Shown here in pieces: positions 27,370 through 35,441 of a stretch of DNA of 49,279 bases (position 1 is its first letter; each line of letters opens with the position of its first letter). The notes beneath the pieces were generated by a model. It did not search any database, was not told where the DNA came from, and worked only from the letters and a program-made list of their open reading frames with translations. Origin of the DNA: Patescibacteria group bacterium UBA6017 (GTDB taxonomy: Bacteria > Patescibacteriota > Saccharimonadia > UBA4664); the NCBI GenBank assembly GCA_002429485.1, contig DIZX01000012.1:1440-50718 (forward strand). The letters are read 5' to 3'. A program made the position numbers and the translations under genes.

Positions 27370-27530
27370 TGCCAAAGCGCAACCGTCCGTTTATCACTCT
27401 GCGTTCCGAGGAAGACCCTACTATGGTCTATACCACCTCCAAGAACCCCAAGAACACCACTGAGCGCATCACTGCGAACAAGTATTCCAAGCTGCTTCGC
27501 AAGGTCATTGTCTTCAAAGAGTCCAAGTAA
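27369..27530 (+). CDS. rpmG: 50S ribosomal protein L33
   Basis: Manual translation: MPKRNRPFITLRSEEDPTMVYTTSKNPKNTTERITANKYSKLLRKVIVFKESK* (53 aa, below the ORF-track cutoff). TAATG overlap with the PspC gene. Confidence 0.88.
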   Translation: MPKRNRPFITLRSEEDPTMVYTTSKNPKNTTERITANKYSKLLRKVIVFKESK

Positions 27531-27567
27531 CTCAGGCTATAATACAATCTGGGGAGGCTACTAAGCC

Positions 27568-28155
27568 ATGAATCGCCGCAGCATTATCGCCATCGCTGCG
27601 ATTATCATCGTAGTAGGCATTAGCTATTTTATCTTCCGGTCCAGCCCTATACAGCAGCCGGGGATTAGGCCTGTGCCCACACCCACTCCCAAGCCCTTCT
27701 CGCTGACGGATTACACCGAAGGTGATGATGTTCAGGCCAGATTGACCATTGACGGTCGGATTGTGGCTTTGGAAAAGCACTTCTCGGTCACAATGACGGT
27801 CGCCAAGCTACACCGTGAGCTTAATGTCTTCCAATCCTATTCCGCGACCGCTTCGACGAGCATCGCTCTCGACAACAATCAGCCCGCCTTCGAGGATTTT
27901 ATGCGCGCGCTTCATAATGCTGGCTACGAAGACTCCACCAAAAACCCCAAAGCCGCGGATACGTATCTCGGCCTGTGTCCCTCTGGTCAGCGCATGATTT
28001 ACGAATTCTTCCAGGGTGGCAAGACCCTGATGAGCTCATGGTCCACCACCTGCGGCGATCCCACGGACTTCACCGGCAACGCCGCCACCATCCGCGCTCT
28101 GTTCCAGGCCCAATTTCCTCAATATCAAACCGTCGTCGGGTCAATTCAGCTATAA
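27568..28155 (+). CDS. membrane-anchored/secreted hypothetical protein
   Basis: 195 aa. N-terminal signal-anchor RRSIIAIAAIIIVVGISYFIF. No family recognised. Confidence 0.6.
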   Translation: MNRRSIIAIAAIIIVVGISYFIFRSSPIQQPGIRPVPTPTPKPFSLTDYTEGDDVQARLTIDGRIVALEKHFSVTMTVAKLHRELNVFQSYSATASTSIALDNNQPAFEDFMRALHNAGYEDSTKNPKAADTYLGLCPSGQRMIYEFFQGGKTLMSSWSTTCGDPTDFTGNAATIRALFQAQFPQYQTVVGSIQL

Positions 28156-28222
28156 TTAGCCCGCAGCAGGTGACGAAACCACTCAAGTTCGGGTACAATA
28201 AGTCAGTTATTCATTTCACCAT

Positions 28223-28298
28223 AGGGGTGTAGCTCAGTTGGTAGAGCATCGGTCTCCAAAACCGAGTGTCGTAGGTTCGAGTCCTGCCACCCCTGCCA
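28223..28298 (+). tRNA. tRNA-Trp (anticodon CCA), CCA encoded
   Basis: Acceptor AGGGGTG/CACCCCT, anticodon stem TCGGT/ACCGA with loop CTCCAAA, T arm GTAGG-TTCGAGT-CCTGC, discriminator G. Confidence 0.92.
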
Positions 28299-28391
28299 GA
28301 TATATTATGGCTTCCTAGAGCCAAAAAAACGTACTACTTTTCGATATTATATTTACGCATCGGAATAATCCCTTCGCAAGGCCCTAAAATT

Positions 28392-28410
28392 GTTTGAGTC
28401 CTGTTACCCC
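28392..28410 (+). repeat. decayed direct copy of the tRNA-Trp T-loop/acceptor 3' segment
   Basis: GTTTGAGTCCTGTTACCCC against tRNA 28275-28293 GTTCGAGTCCTGCCACCCC is 16/19 identical. All three mismatches are C to T. It lies 94 nt after the tRNA. Confidence 0.6.
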
Positions 28411-28694
28411 ATTACCGAATTTTCTACACATTCTCACATGCAACAACATCTTCACTGACATCTTCGGAAAGCATTGCCTTATATATTGTGGTCGTCTACG
28501 ATATAGACACAACATAACAGTCATTCACCGAAGTTACCGGGCAAGTAGGGCGTAATTCCCTCGCTGTCGCGCAACTGTAAAGTCAGAAAACCGGTCGGGA
28601 ATGTTTTATCCATGTACTCTTCGCCGTAAAGAGTGACGGAAGGCTTCAAACCCCTCTGCGCTAGAACGACCGCTAGTACAAAGAGGGGATTTGT

Positions 28695-31067
28695 TTGTCC
28701 AGAGAAACCGAATCTGATTCAAGATTACAGGAACGCGAGGGAACTGCTAACCTCGATACTGATGTTGAGGCCAATTTTGTTGGTGATCCTGATGACCCCG
28801 AGTCTCAGGAGTCGGTAGGAAGCATCCCTGGGGAAGAGTTTGACGTGGACTCCACTGGATCGCTATTGGACTTCGAAAGCCTGCCAACCGAAACAGAACA
28901 GGGCGAGGTTTCGTTCTCGCAACGCTACGTTTTGCGCGATGGAGGGGCCTATCCGATCGATGCCAGCCAAGAAGATGGTACCAACCCCGACGTACCAATG
29001 AGCCAAGGCTTAGAGGGGGTACAGTTAGAGGAGCACCTAGCGGCCCTTGAGGCTGTCAGTGTGGGGGGATCACCTACTACTGAGATTCGGGGCCTCGAGG
29101 GGCACACCGAAACTACCGAGCTATTCATTGTCTCGACCTACGTCAAGGTAGGTGAAACCGCCGAAGGGGAACCAATTATCGAAATTACCGGCTCGTTCGA
29201 ACATCGCGAGATCGAAGTATTAGATAAAGAAGTCGACGAGGCGGAAGACGCTGGTGACGACTATACCGATGAAGACCAAATGCTGAGCGTTGACGGATCT
29301 AGTGACTTCACCGATTACGACGGACATCCTGAGGTTTACGGCGATGACGGCGACGACGAATACGCCGACGAACCGCCAGCCTGGTCGCCCTATGCCGCTC
29401 CTCAGCCTGATCTTGTCAGGATTGAGCCTATGGTAGCTTCCTTGCCAGCCGAGACTCCCATACTATCGGTTCAGGAGAATCAACCCACGGTCGAATCAGT
29501 AGCCCCGTCAAAGCCAACGATAGCTACGAAACCGCAAGTTACTGGCTTAAGTAGCGCCCTGCGGGAACCACAAACTCCAAATCCGCAATTCACTGCTGAG
29601 CGGAGGGATCAAAAAATCGGCGCTGATAATTCCGCTAGCCCCGTGCAAAATCCCGACAATCCAACCGGAGGCGGAAAATTTAACATGGAGCCAACAGTGA
29701 TGATAGCCCCGTTTGCAACTAGGCCGCTATCAAATGAAACAACTACATTTACGCCCGCTGAGCAGCCTCGAGTCTTGCAGGGCGAACCCCACCCACCCTC
29801 GACATCCAACGAGGCGGCTGGCACGATTGATCATCACGAGACTCGGAGTGTGTATTCATCAGTCGCACCGAGCCATGAGAACGTCCCCGGCCAATCATTA
29901 GTTGAGCCGAGCTCCTCCACCTCTACGAACCTCAGGCCAATCGAGTCGACTACTCCCCGACCAGTGAAAGTAGTGCAGACGGAATCACGTTCAGTTATAG
30001 CCAGTTCAGAATCTGATAAATCAGCTCCGAGTCAGCAATTTGAATCTCACCAAAGCTTGCATGATCTTGTGGCTGAAGCAGTCGTCGGCAGTTTGGATCA
30101 AGCCCAGAGCGCACCGCAGATTGACGCTGGCACCGCTGAGCAACCCCTTCAGCTTGAAACTCAAGATGAAGTTTTCGATGAGCCAGCCACCCATCAAGAT
30201 GTTCTAGATACACCTGTTTTGGTCCATACCAGCCTACCTCTTGCGCCACCCTCCGATTTGGTGCAGCAGATATTTAATCGCGAGGTTGGTGGGGTAGAAT
30301 CTGCTCGAACTCTAATAGTTGAACCTATAGTTACCAATGAGGGTATTTTTGCGGTGGAGCACACTCCAAATCAAGCAGCTGTCGAAAGAGTACTCATAAA
30401 GTCAAACGAAGTCGCGCAACTGCGCCCAGTGTCCTTGGAGTCCGCTCATACCAACCCGCCCGTTGCCCCGGAAGCTTCAGTAGCAAAGCCTGTCCGTGAA
30501 GTTCGATCCACTGTGCGCCACGAACAAGCTGTGCCAGTACCCGCTTCGCCTCGAGCCCAATTGGTTGAACCAACCCCAGCATTCACGCACACCGAGCCAT
30601 CGCGCACCGTTGAGCCCTCACGTAGGGTCGCAGCCGAGCCCAGAGTTGAAGCCGTCGAATCACAACCTGCCCTAGTGGCAAAGCCGATATCAAGACACAC
30701 ACCGGAACTCTCTAATACGTTAGCGCCACATGTAATCAATGAACCCAATCACAAGTCTGAGGCCAAGCCAACATCCGAGCCTGACCGAGCAGTTGCTCCC
30801 TCCCCCAATGCTCCAGCTAAGACAATGGAACAACCAGTAACCTCTTGGCTGGAAGACTTCACCGTCCAGCCTACTCATGAGTCTTCTGACGACGGGCGCG
30901 CCGCCATTATTTGGCCCAAACTTTCAACCTCCGAAGCGGTAGCGCCCGCAAGAGCACAGGGTGGGTATAGTCAATTAACTGATGAAGACCTGGAGGTCTC
31001 CTTTGAGGTTGGTCAGCCGACCGGGCGTAAACGCCCGGCGCACAGGACTAGGACGGCAGCTGTATGA
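28695..31067 (+). CDS. 790-aa acidic, Pro/Ser/Thr/Glu/Val-rich low-complexity protein (predicted largely disordered)
   Basis: TTG start 6 nt after AAGAGGGGA. No signal peptide or TM segment. The D/E-rich N-terminal third has runs such as DDGDDEYADE. The long PSTQ-rich remainder shows no recognisable domain. Confidence 0.7.
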   Translation: MSRETESDSRLQEREGTANLDTDVEANFVGDPDDPESQESVGSIPGEEFDVDSTGSLLDFESLPTETEQGEVSFSQRYVLRDGGAYPIDASQEDGTNPDVPMSQGLEGVQLEEHLAALEAVSVGGSPTTEIRGLEGHTETTELFIVSTYVKVGETAEGEPIIEITGSFEHREIEVLDKEVDEAEDAGDDYTDEDQMLSVDGSSDFTDYDGHPEVYGDDGDDEYADEPPAWSPYAAPQPDLVRIEPMVASLPAETPILSVQENQPTVESVAPSKPTIATKPQVTGLSSALREPQTPNPQFTAERRDQKIGADNSASPVQNPDNPTGGGKFNMEPTVMIAPFATRPLSNETTTFTPAEQPRVLQGEPHPPSTSNEAAGTIDHHETRSVYSSVAPSHENVPGQSLVEPSSSTSTNLRPIESTTPRPVKVVQTESRSVIASSESDKSAPSQQFESHQSLHDLVAEAVVGSLDQAQSAPQIDAGTAEQPLQLETQDEVFDEPATHQDVLDTPVLVHTSLPLAPPSDLVQQIFNREVGGVESARTLIVEPIVTNEGIFAVEHTPNQAAVERVLIKSNEVAQLRPVSLESAHTNPPVAPEASVAKPVREVRSTVRHEQAVPVPASPRAQLVEPTPAFTHTEPSRTVEPSRRVAAEPRVEAVESQPALVAKPISRHTPELSNTLAPHVINEPNHKSEAKPTSEPDRAVAPSPNAPAKTMEQPVTSWLEDFTVQPTHESSDDGRAAIIWPKLSTSEAVAPARAQGGYSQLTDEDLEVSFEVGQPTGRKRPAHRTRTAAV

Positions 31068-32803
31068 GCGCACCAATCTCTATCAAATTTCGGGATTTAG
31101 CTTCAAGTGCCCGAGCCGGTAAGCTTTCGGATGTTGTCGAGCGCGATGCCGAGCTCAAACGGCTAGTTCGGATTCTCTTGCGGCCAACCAGCCACCATGG
31201 GGTTATCGTCGCCGAACCTGGCATGGGAAAAACCAGTCTCGTCCAGGCGCTAGCTCTACGCCTGGTTCAGGGCAAAATCCCGCAGCTTGAGCCGAAAATC
31301 TATAGCCTCGACACGGAGCAAATTATGGGCCTGCTTGTCGGCGGGGATAGCCTCAGGAATTGTTTAGATGCCCTGCGCCAAGCCGTCGCCCAACTTCCGG
31401 CCGCCATTATTGTCATCGAGGACATTCAGCTGCTGGCGACCGACGACCCCGGTCGACTCGAGCTCACCCTTGGGCTAATCCAGGCCGTAGCCTCTCACGA
31501 CGGTATTCGCCTCATCACCACCACCACAGCAACCGCCTACCAACGCATATTTCAAGGTGATTACGTTTTTAGCCGAACCTTCGACGCCCTGGAGCTCACC
31601 GAACCCACCACCGATGCAATTATTCACATGGTCGAGCAGGCGGTACCCCGGCTTGAACGTCAAAACCATCAAACAATCTCGGTGGGTGCCGTCGAAAAGG
31701 CCGTATATTATGGCGGACGTTTCGGCCATGGCCGATCTTTGCCCGATGCCGCCATTCGCTTGCTCGAAGGAGCCGTCATCAAGACTGGGTTGGACGGCCG
31801 AGACTCGGTTGAGCCAACTGACATCAAAGATATTGTGTCTGAACGTGAGCGTATGCCACTGGCGGATCTCGAAACCGACCAAAAAGATCGCTTAGCTGAT
31901 CTCGAAGATAAACTCCTACAGGAGGTAGTCGGTCAGGATGCCGCCATTCGTACCATCGCTCGTACCATCGCCAAGGCACAGCTCGGTCTCGGTGACGCCT
32001 CTCGTCCGCGTGGCTCATTTCTCCTACTTGGCCCATCCGGCGTCGGTAAAACTGAAACCGCCAAGGTGCTCGCAAGCCACGTTTTTTCCGGCCCCAATGC
32101 GCTCATCCGCCTTGATATGAGCGAGTACGGCGAAGCCCACAGTGCCGTGAGACTTATCGGCTCTCCCCCAGGCTATATCGGCTACGAGGAGGGGGGTCAA
32201 CTCACCGGAGCGGTCGCCCGCGAGCCGTACTCGCTCGTCCTGCTGGATGAAATCGAAAAGGCCCACACCAAACTCTTTGACCTCTTTCTCCAACTCCTCG
32301 ATGACGGGCGTCTCACCGACTCTGCCGGTAAAACAGTCGACTTTACTCAGACGCTGGTGATGGCTACTTCAAACACGGGCAGCGCCGAAATCGCAGAGGC
32401 GGCTGCCAGAGGCATTAACGTAAACGGTCATGATTTCGTCCAAAATACTCTCATGCCAATTCTCATGCGCAACTTCCGCCCCGAGTTTCTCAATCGTTTC
32501 GACGCTATACTCATTTATCAACCCCTGGGTGAGATTCAGCTAGTCGCCCTCGCTCAACGCGAGCTCGGGCGACTAGCCGGACGTCTCGAGCGGCTCGGTA
32601 TCACCTTCGACATTTCCGATCAGCATATGGCCGATCTCCTCCGCCCTCATTACAATCCACTCTTTGGTGCTCGACCAGTGAAGCGATTGATCGCCAATCA
32701 CTTTGAAACTCCCATTGCTGACATGATTATAAAACGCCAACTCGAAGGGCCGCTCACTATCACCGGCGCAGAGCCCTGGCTAAGACAAGGGGCAACAAGA
32801 TGA
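31064..32803 (+). CDS. compact Clp/Hsp100-family double AAA+ ATPase (no N-domain, no M-domain)
   Basis: First module: VERDAELKRLVRILLR...AEPGMGKTSLV, with VIEDIQ where FIDELH is expected. Second module is canonical: VVGQDAAI, GPSGVGKTETAK, LVLLDEIEKAH, GYIGYEEGG, ATSN, GARPVKRLI. ATGA overlap with the upstream gene. Confidence 0.88.
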   Translation: MSAPISIKFRDLASSARAGKLSDVVERDAELKRLVRILLRPTSHHGVIVAEPGMGKTSLVQALALRLVQGKIPQLEPKIYSLDTEQIMGLLVGGDSLRNCLDALRQAVAQLPAAIIVIEDIQLLATDDPGRLELTLGLIQAVASHDGIRLITTTTATAYQRIFQGDYVFSRTFDALELTEPTTDAIIHMVEQAVPRLERQNHQTISVGAVEKAVYYGGRFGHGRSLPDAAIRLLEGAVIKTGLDGRDSVEPTDIKDIVSERERMPLADLETDQKDRLADLEDKLLQEVVGQDAAIRTIARTIAKAQLGLGDASRPRGSFLLLGPSGVGKTETAKVLASHVFSGPNALIRLDMSEYGEAHSAVRLIGSPPGYIGYEEGGQLTGAVAREPYSLVLLDEIEKAHTKLFDLFLQLLDDGRLTDSAGKTVDFTQTLVMATSNTGSAEIAEAAARGINVNGHDFVQNTLMPILMRNFRPEFLNRFDAILIYQPLGEIQLVALAQRELGRLAGRLERLGITFDISDQHMADLLRPHYNPLFGARPVKRLIANHFETPIADMIIKRQLEGPLTITGAEPWLRQGATR

Positions 32804-33219
32804 ATCATCAACTAGGCGAATTACAGCACCAAGTCGAAATTTCTCGTCCCGAGGAATTGGTTCTTGTGAGCACAGAAGGTGTCACGGTCTCTATAGTTAG
32901 CGAATCTATGGAAACTCAGCCACCGAGAGACGAAATCCCTGAAGGTACTTCCGTAAAAACAGAGGCCTCGCAGCAGGAATTTGAGAGTGATTCTCTCCCA
33001 GTCACACAATCAGATTGGATGGTGCCCGCGGCCCGTCCGGAAATCCTGGATTGGCCGTTCCTGGATATCCAGAGCCAAGCTAATGACGCCGTAGTCGCCG
33101 CGATCGAAGATGAGTCTGTCGGCGAATTAGCCGCGCCTAATGAACAACCGATTCCAAGGCGTGCAACAACCCGACCCGGGTCCTATGAGCTGGCTGCCAG
33201 CGGGCGGATTGCAGCATGA
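32800..33219 (+). CDS. 139-aa acidic hypothetical protein
   Basis: ATGA overlaps at both ends. E/D/S/Q-rich with no recognisable domain. Confidence 0.6.
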   Translation: MNHQLGELQHQVEISRPEELVLVSTEGVTVSIVSESMETQPPRDEIPEGTSVKTEASQQEFESDSLPVTQSDWMVPAARPEILDWPFLDIQSQANDAVVAAIEDESVGELAAPNEQPIPRRATTRPGSYELAASGRIAA

Positions 33220-35390
33220 AGCTCACCGGACAATATACCTTCATTCGCCTCAAACCTTCGCCCGAGACAATAACCGAGGGAGCGCTGGCGAAGCGCCACT
33301 TTGAGGCCACCAAGTCGCTCATGACCGCCTTTGCCGGATTACTCAACTCTAATCGAACGGCCGCAATTAGTCTCGAATTGGCAGCCAAAGAACAGAGCAT
33401 AAACTTCATTATCGGCTCCCCGGAAGAATGGGTCGAAGAAGTCACTCATCACGTTTATGCCGCCTTACCGGGAAGCGAGTTGGAAGTGCTCGACGAATGG
33501 ACTGTTTTTGATACCCTGGGAGATATAGCTGGGGCAAGTGTTCAGTTTAGCCCGCCAGAAGGGGAGCTGCGCTCAGCTGAGTTTGCTGGCAGTGATCCGC
33601 TCCAACCACTGCTAGAGATATTGCATAGCTTGCCCACCGGTAGCCGTCTGTCCCTTCAGCTCCTTCTGACGGGTGCTTTCGCCAAGGGCACACTCGGGGG
33701 AGCTCTCGCAGGTGCATTTCAAGATGCGGTAACTAGCGGCCTGCGCCAGGTCCTTATCGGACCACCGTCGGACCAAACTGCCACCGACAAACCAAGAAAC
33801 AAGCTCGATGATGCCCCCCTGCTCGCCAACCTGCGCTTAATTGCCCTAGCAAAATCAGAGCCCGAAGCTACGGACATCATCCGACGCGCCACGAGCGCCT
33901 ATCACGGGCTCACCCTGCCGGGCAAAACTAAACTGCGCTACCAAACGCCCCGACATCTCGACCCTTGGCTCAAAACAGCTCTTCTTCGTCAGTCCGATCC
34001 AAAAACCTCCTTCCGGCTCACACCAATGGAAGCCACGAACCTATACCATACGCCGCTCAATGTGCGTTCGTTCCCGAAGTTAGTTTCCATGGAGACAACG
34101 CGCCTGCCCATACCTCAAAACCTCTCCACCCAAGGCATCGTCATAGGCACCGGCGCGCATCGTAGTGGGGGGCAGCCAATTCACCTAGCCCCCGAAGACC
34201 GACTTCGCCACACCTACCTCATAGGCCAAACTGGCACCGGTAAATCCACTCTATTTCAGAACGCCATCCTGCAGGATATGGAAAACGGCGACGGCTGTTG
34301 CTTCATCGATCCGCACGGTGAAGTCATCGATTGGCTGCTGCCCCGGATTCCCGCCAACCGCGCTGCCGACGTTGTCCTGTTCGACCCTGGCGACCCTTCT
34401 GCCATCCTTGGCCTCAACCTTCTCGAGTGGCGTACTCCCCACGAGCGCGATCTGATAATTCAGGAGCTGATAGCGCTGTTCTATAAACTTTTCGACCCCG
34501 CCCGCACGGGCATTATTGGACCTCAATTCGAGCATTGGCTTCGCAACGCTGCGCTGACCATTACCGAACCAGCCGTCCGAGGTACGATTGTTGATATTCC
34601 GCGTCTCTTCACGGATAAAGCCTTTGCGAAGGCTGCCGTTGAACGATCTTCGCACGTCGCCGTCAAAGATTTTTGGAATAATCAAATGGCTGCCACCGCC
34701 GATTTCCACAAGTCCGAGATGCTCAACTATTTCACCTCCAAGTTCGGAAGCTTCCTCGGCAATTCCGTGATGTATCAAATTCTTTCGCAGCGCTCTAGCG
34801 CCTTCGACCTGCGTACCATCATGGACCGCCGCAAAATCCTGCTCGTCAACCTCTCGAAGGGCCGACTTGGCAGCCTCAATGCCCAACTACTGGGTACCCT
34901 CATCGTGACCAAAATTCAGATGGCCGCCATGAGCCGGGCCGACGTCCCGGCCGAAAACCGGCCACCATTCTATGTCTATATCGACGAGTTTCAGAATGTC
35001 GTTACCGATTCGTTCGCCGCTATGCTCTCAGAAGTCCGCAAGTATGGCGTCGGGCTGCACCTGGCGCATCAATACGTCGATCAACTCCCCGACAATATCA
35101 AGCAAGCCGTATTTGGCAATATTGGTACCATCATGGCTTACCGCCTTGGTTCTACTGACGCCAAGTGGCTCAGTGGCCATTTTGCCCCCCTCAGCATCGA
35201 TGACCTCACCAATATCCCGCCCTACCATTACCATATGAGAACCCTTGCCGACGGCCAACTTACCACTCCCTTTACGGTGAAAGCTCCGTATATTGAAACA
35301 ACCCCCCGCCCAGATGTTGAGCAAGCCATCCGCAGCCGTGTTAGAGACTTCGTGGAAAGCACTCATGCCGTTACGAATGCCCCAAAATGA
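33216..35390 (+). CDS. FtsK/HerA-superfamily P-loop ATPase (HerA/DUF87- or TraD/VirD4-like), soluble, with ~330-aa unknown N-terminal domain
   Basis: Walker A LIGQTGTGKST, then CCFIDPHGE, Walker B FYVYIDEFQNV, and VRKYGVGLHLAHQYVDQL...GNIGTIMAYRL, which is typical of the HerA/TraG-D_C type. No TM helices seen. Confidence 0.8.
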   Translation: MKLTGQYTFIRLKPSPETITEGALAKRHFEATKSLMTAFAGLLNSNRTAAISLELAAKEQSINFIIGSPEEWVEEVTHHVYAALPGSELEVLDEWTVFDTLGDIAGASVQFSPPEGELRSAEFAGSDPLQPLLEILHSLPTGSRLSLQLLLTGAFAKGTLGGALAGAFQDAVTSGLRQVLIGPPSDQTATDKPRNKLDDAPLLANLRLIALAKSEPEATDIIRRATSAYHGLTLPGKTKLRYQTPRHLDPWLKTALLRQSDPKTSFRLTPMEATNLYHTPLNVRSFPKLVSMETTRLPIPQNLSTQGIVIGTGAHRSGGQPIHLAPEDRLRHTYLIGQTGTGKSTLFQNAILQDMENGDGCCFIDPHGEVIDWLLPRIPANRAADVVLFDPGDPSAILGLNLLEWRTPHERDLIIQELIALFYKLFDPARTGIIGPQFEHWLRNAALTITEPAVRGTIVDIPRLFTDKAFAKAAVERSSHVAVKDFWNNQMAATADFHKSEMLNYFTSKFGSFLGNSVMYQILSQRSSAFDLRTIMDRRKILLVNLSKGRLGSLNAQLLGTLIVTKIQMAAMSRADVPAENRPPFYVYIDEFQNVVTDSFAAMLSEVRKYGVGLHLAHQYVDQLPDNIKQAVFGNIGTIMAYRLGSTDAKWLSGHFAPLSIDDLTNIPPYHYHMRTLADGQLTTPFTVKAPYIETTPRPDVEQAIRSRVRDFVESTHAVTNAPK

Positions 35391-35441
35391 GCGAGGGCAC
35401 TTTCTTGCAACCATAAGCAAGTTTGCAGTAAACTGTTCCCC

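Noticed and set aside
28308-28329. The hairpin TGGCT-tcctag-AGCCA right after tRNA-Trp as its terminator.
   Set aside because: It is followed by an A-run rather than a T-run on the tRNA strand, and on the other strand the T-run comes before the stem. It is not a canonical intrinsic terminator in either direction.
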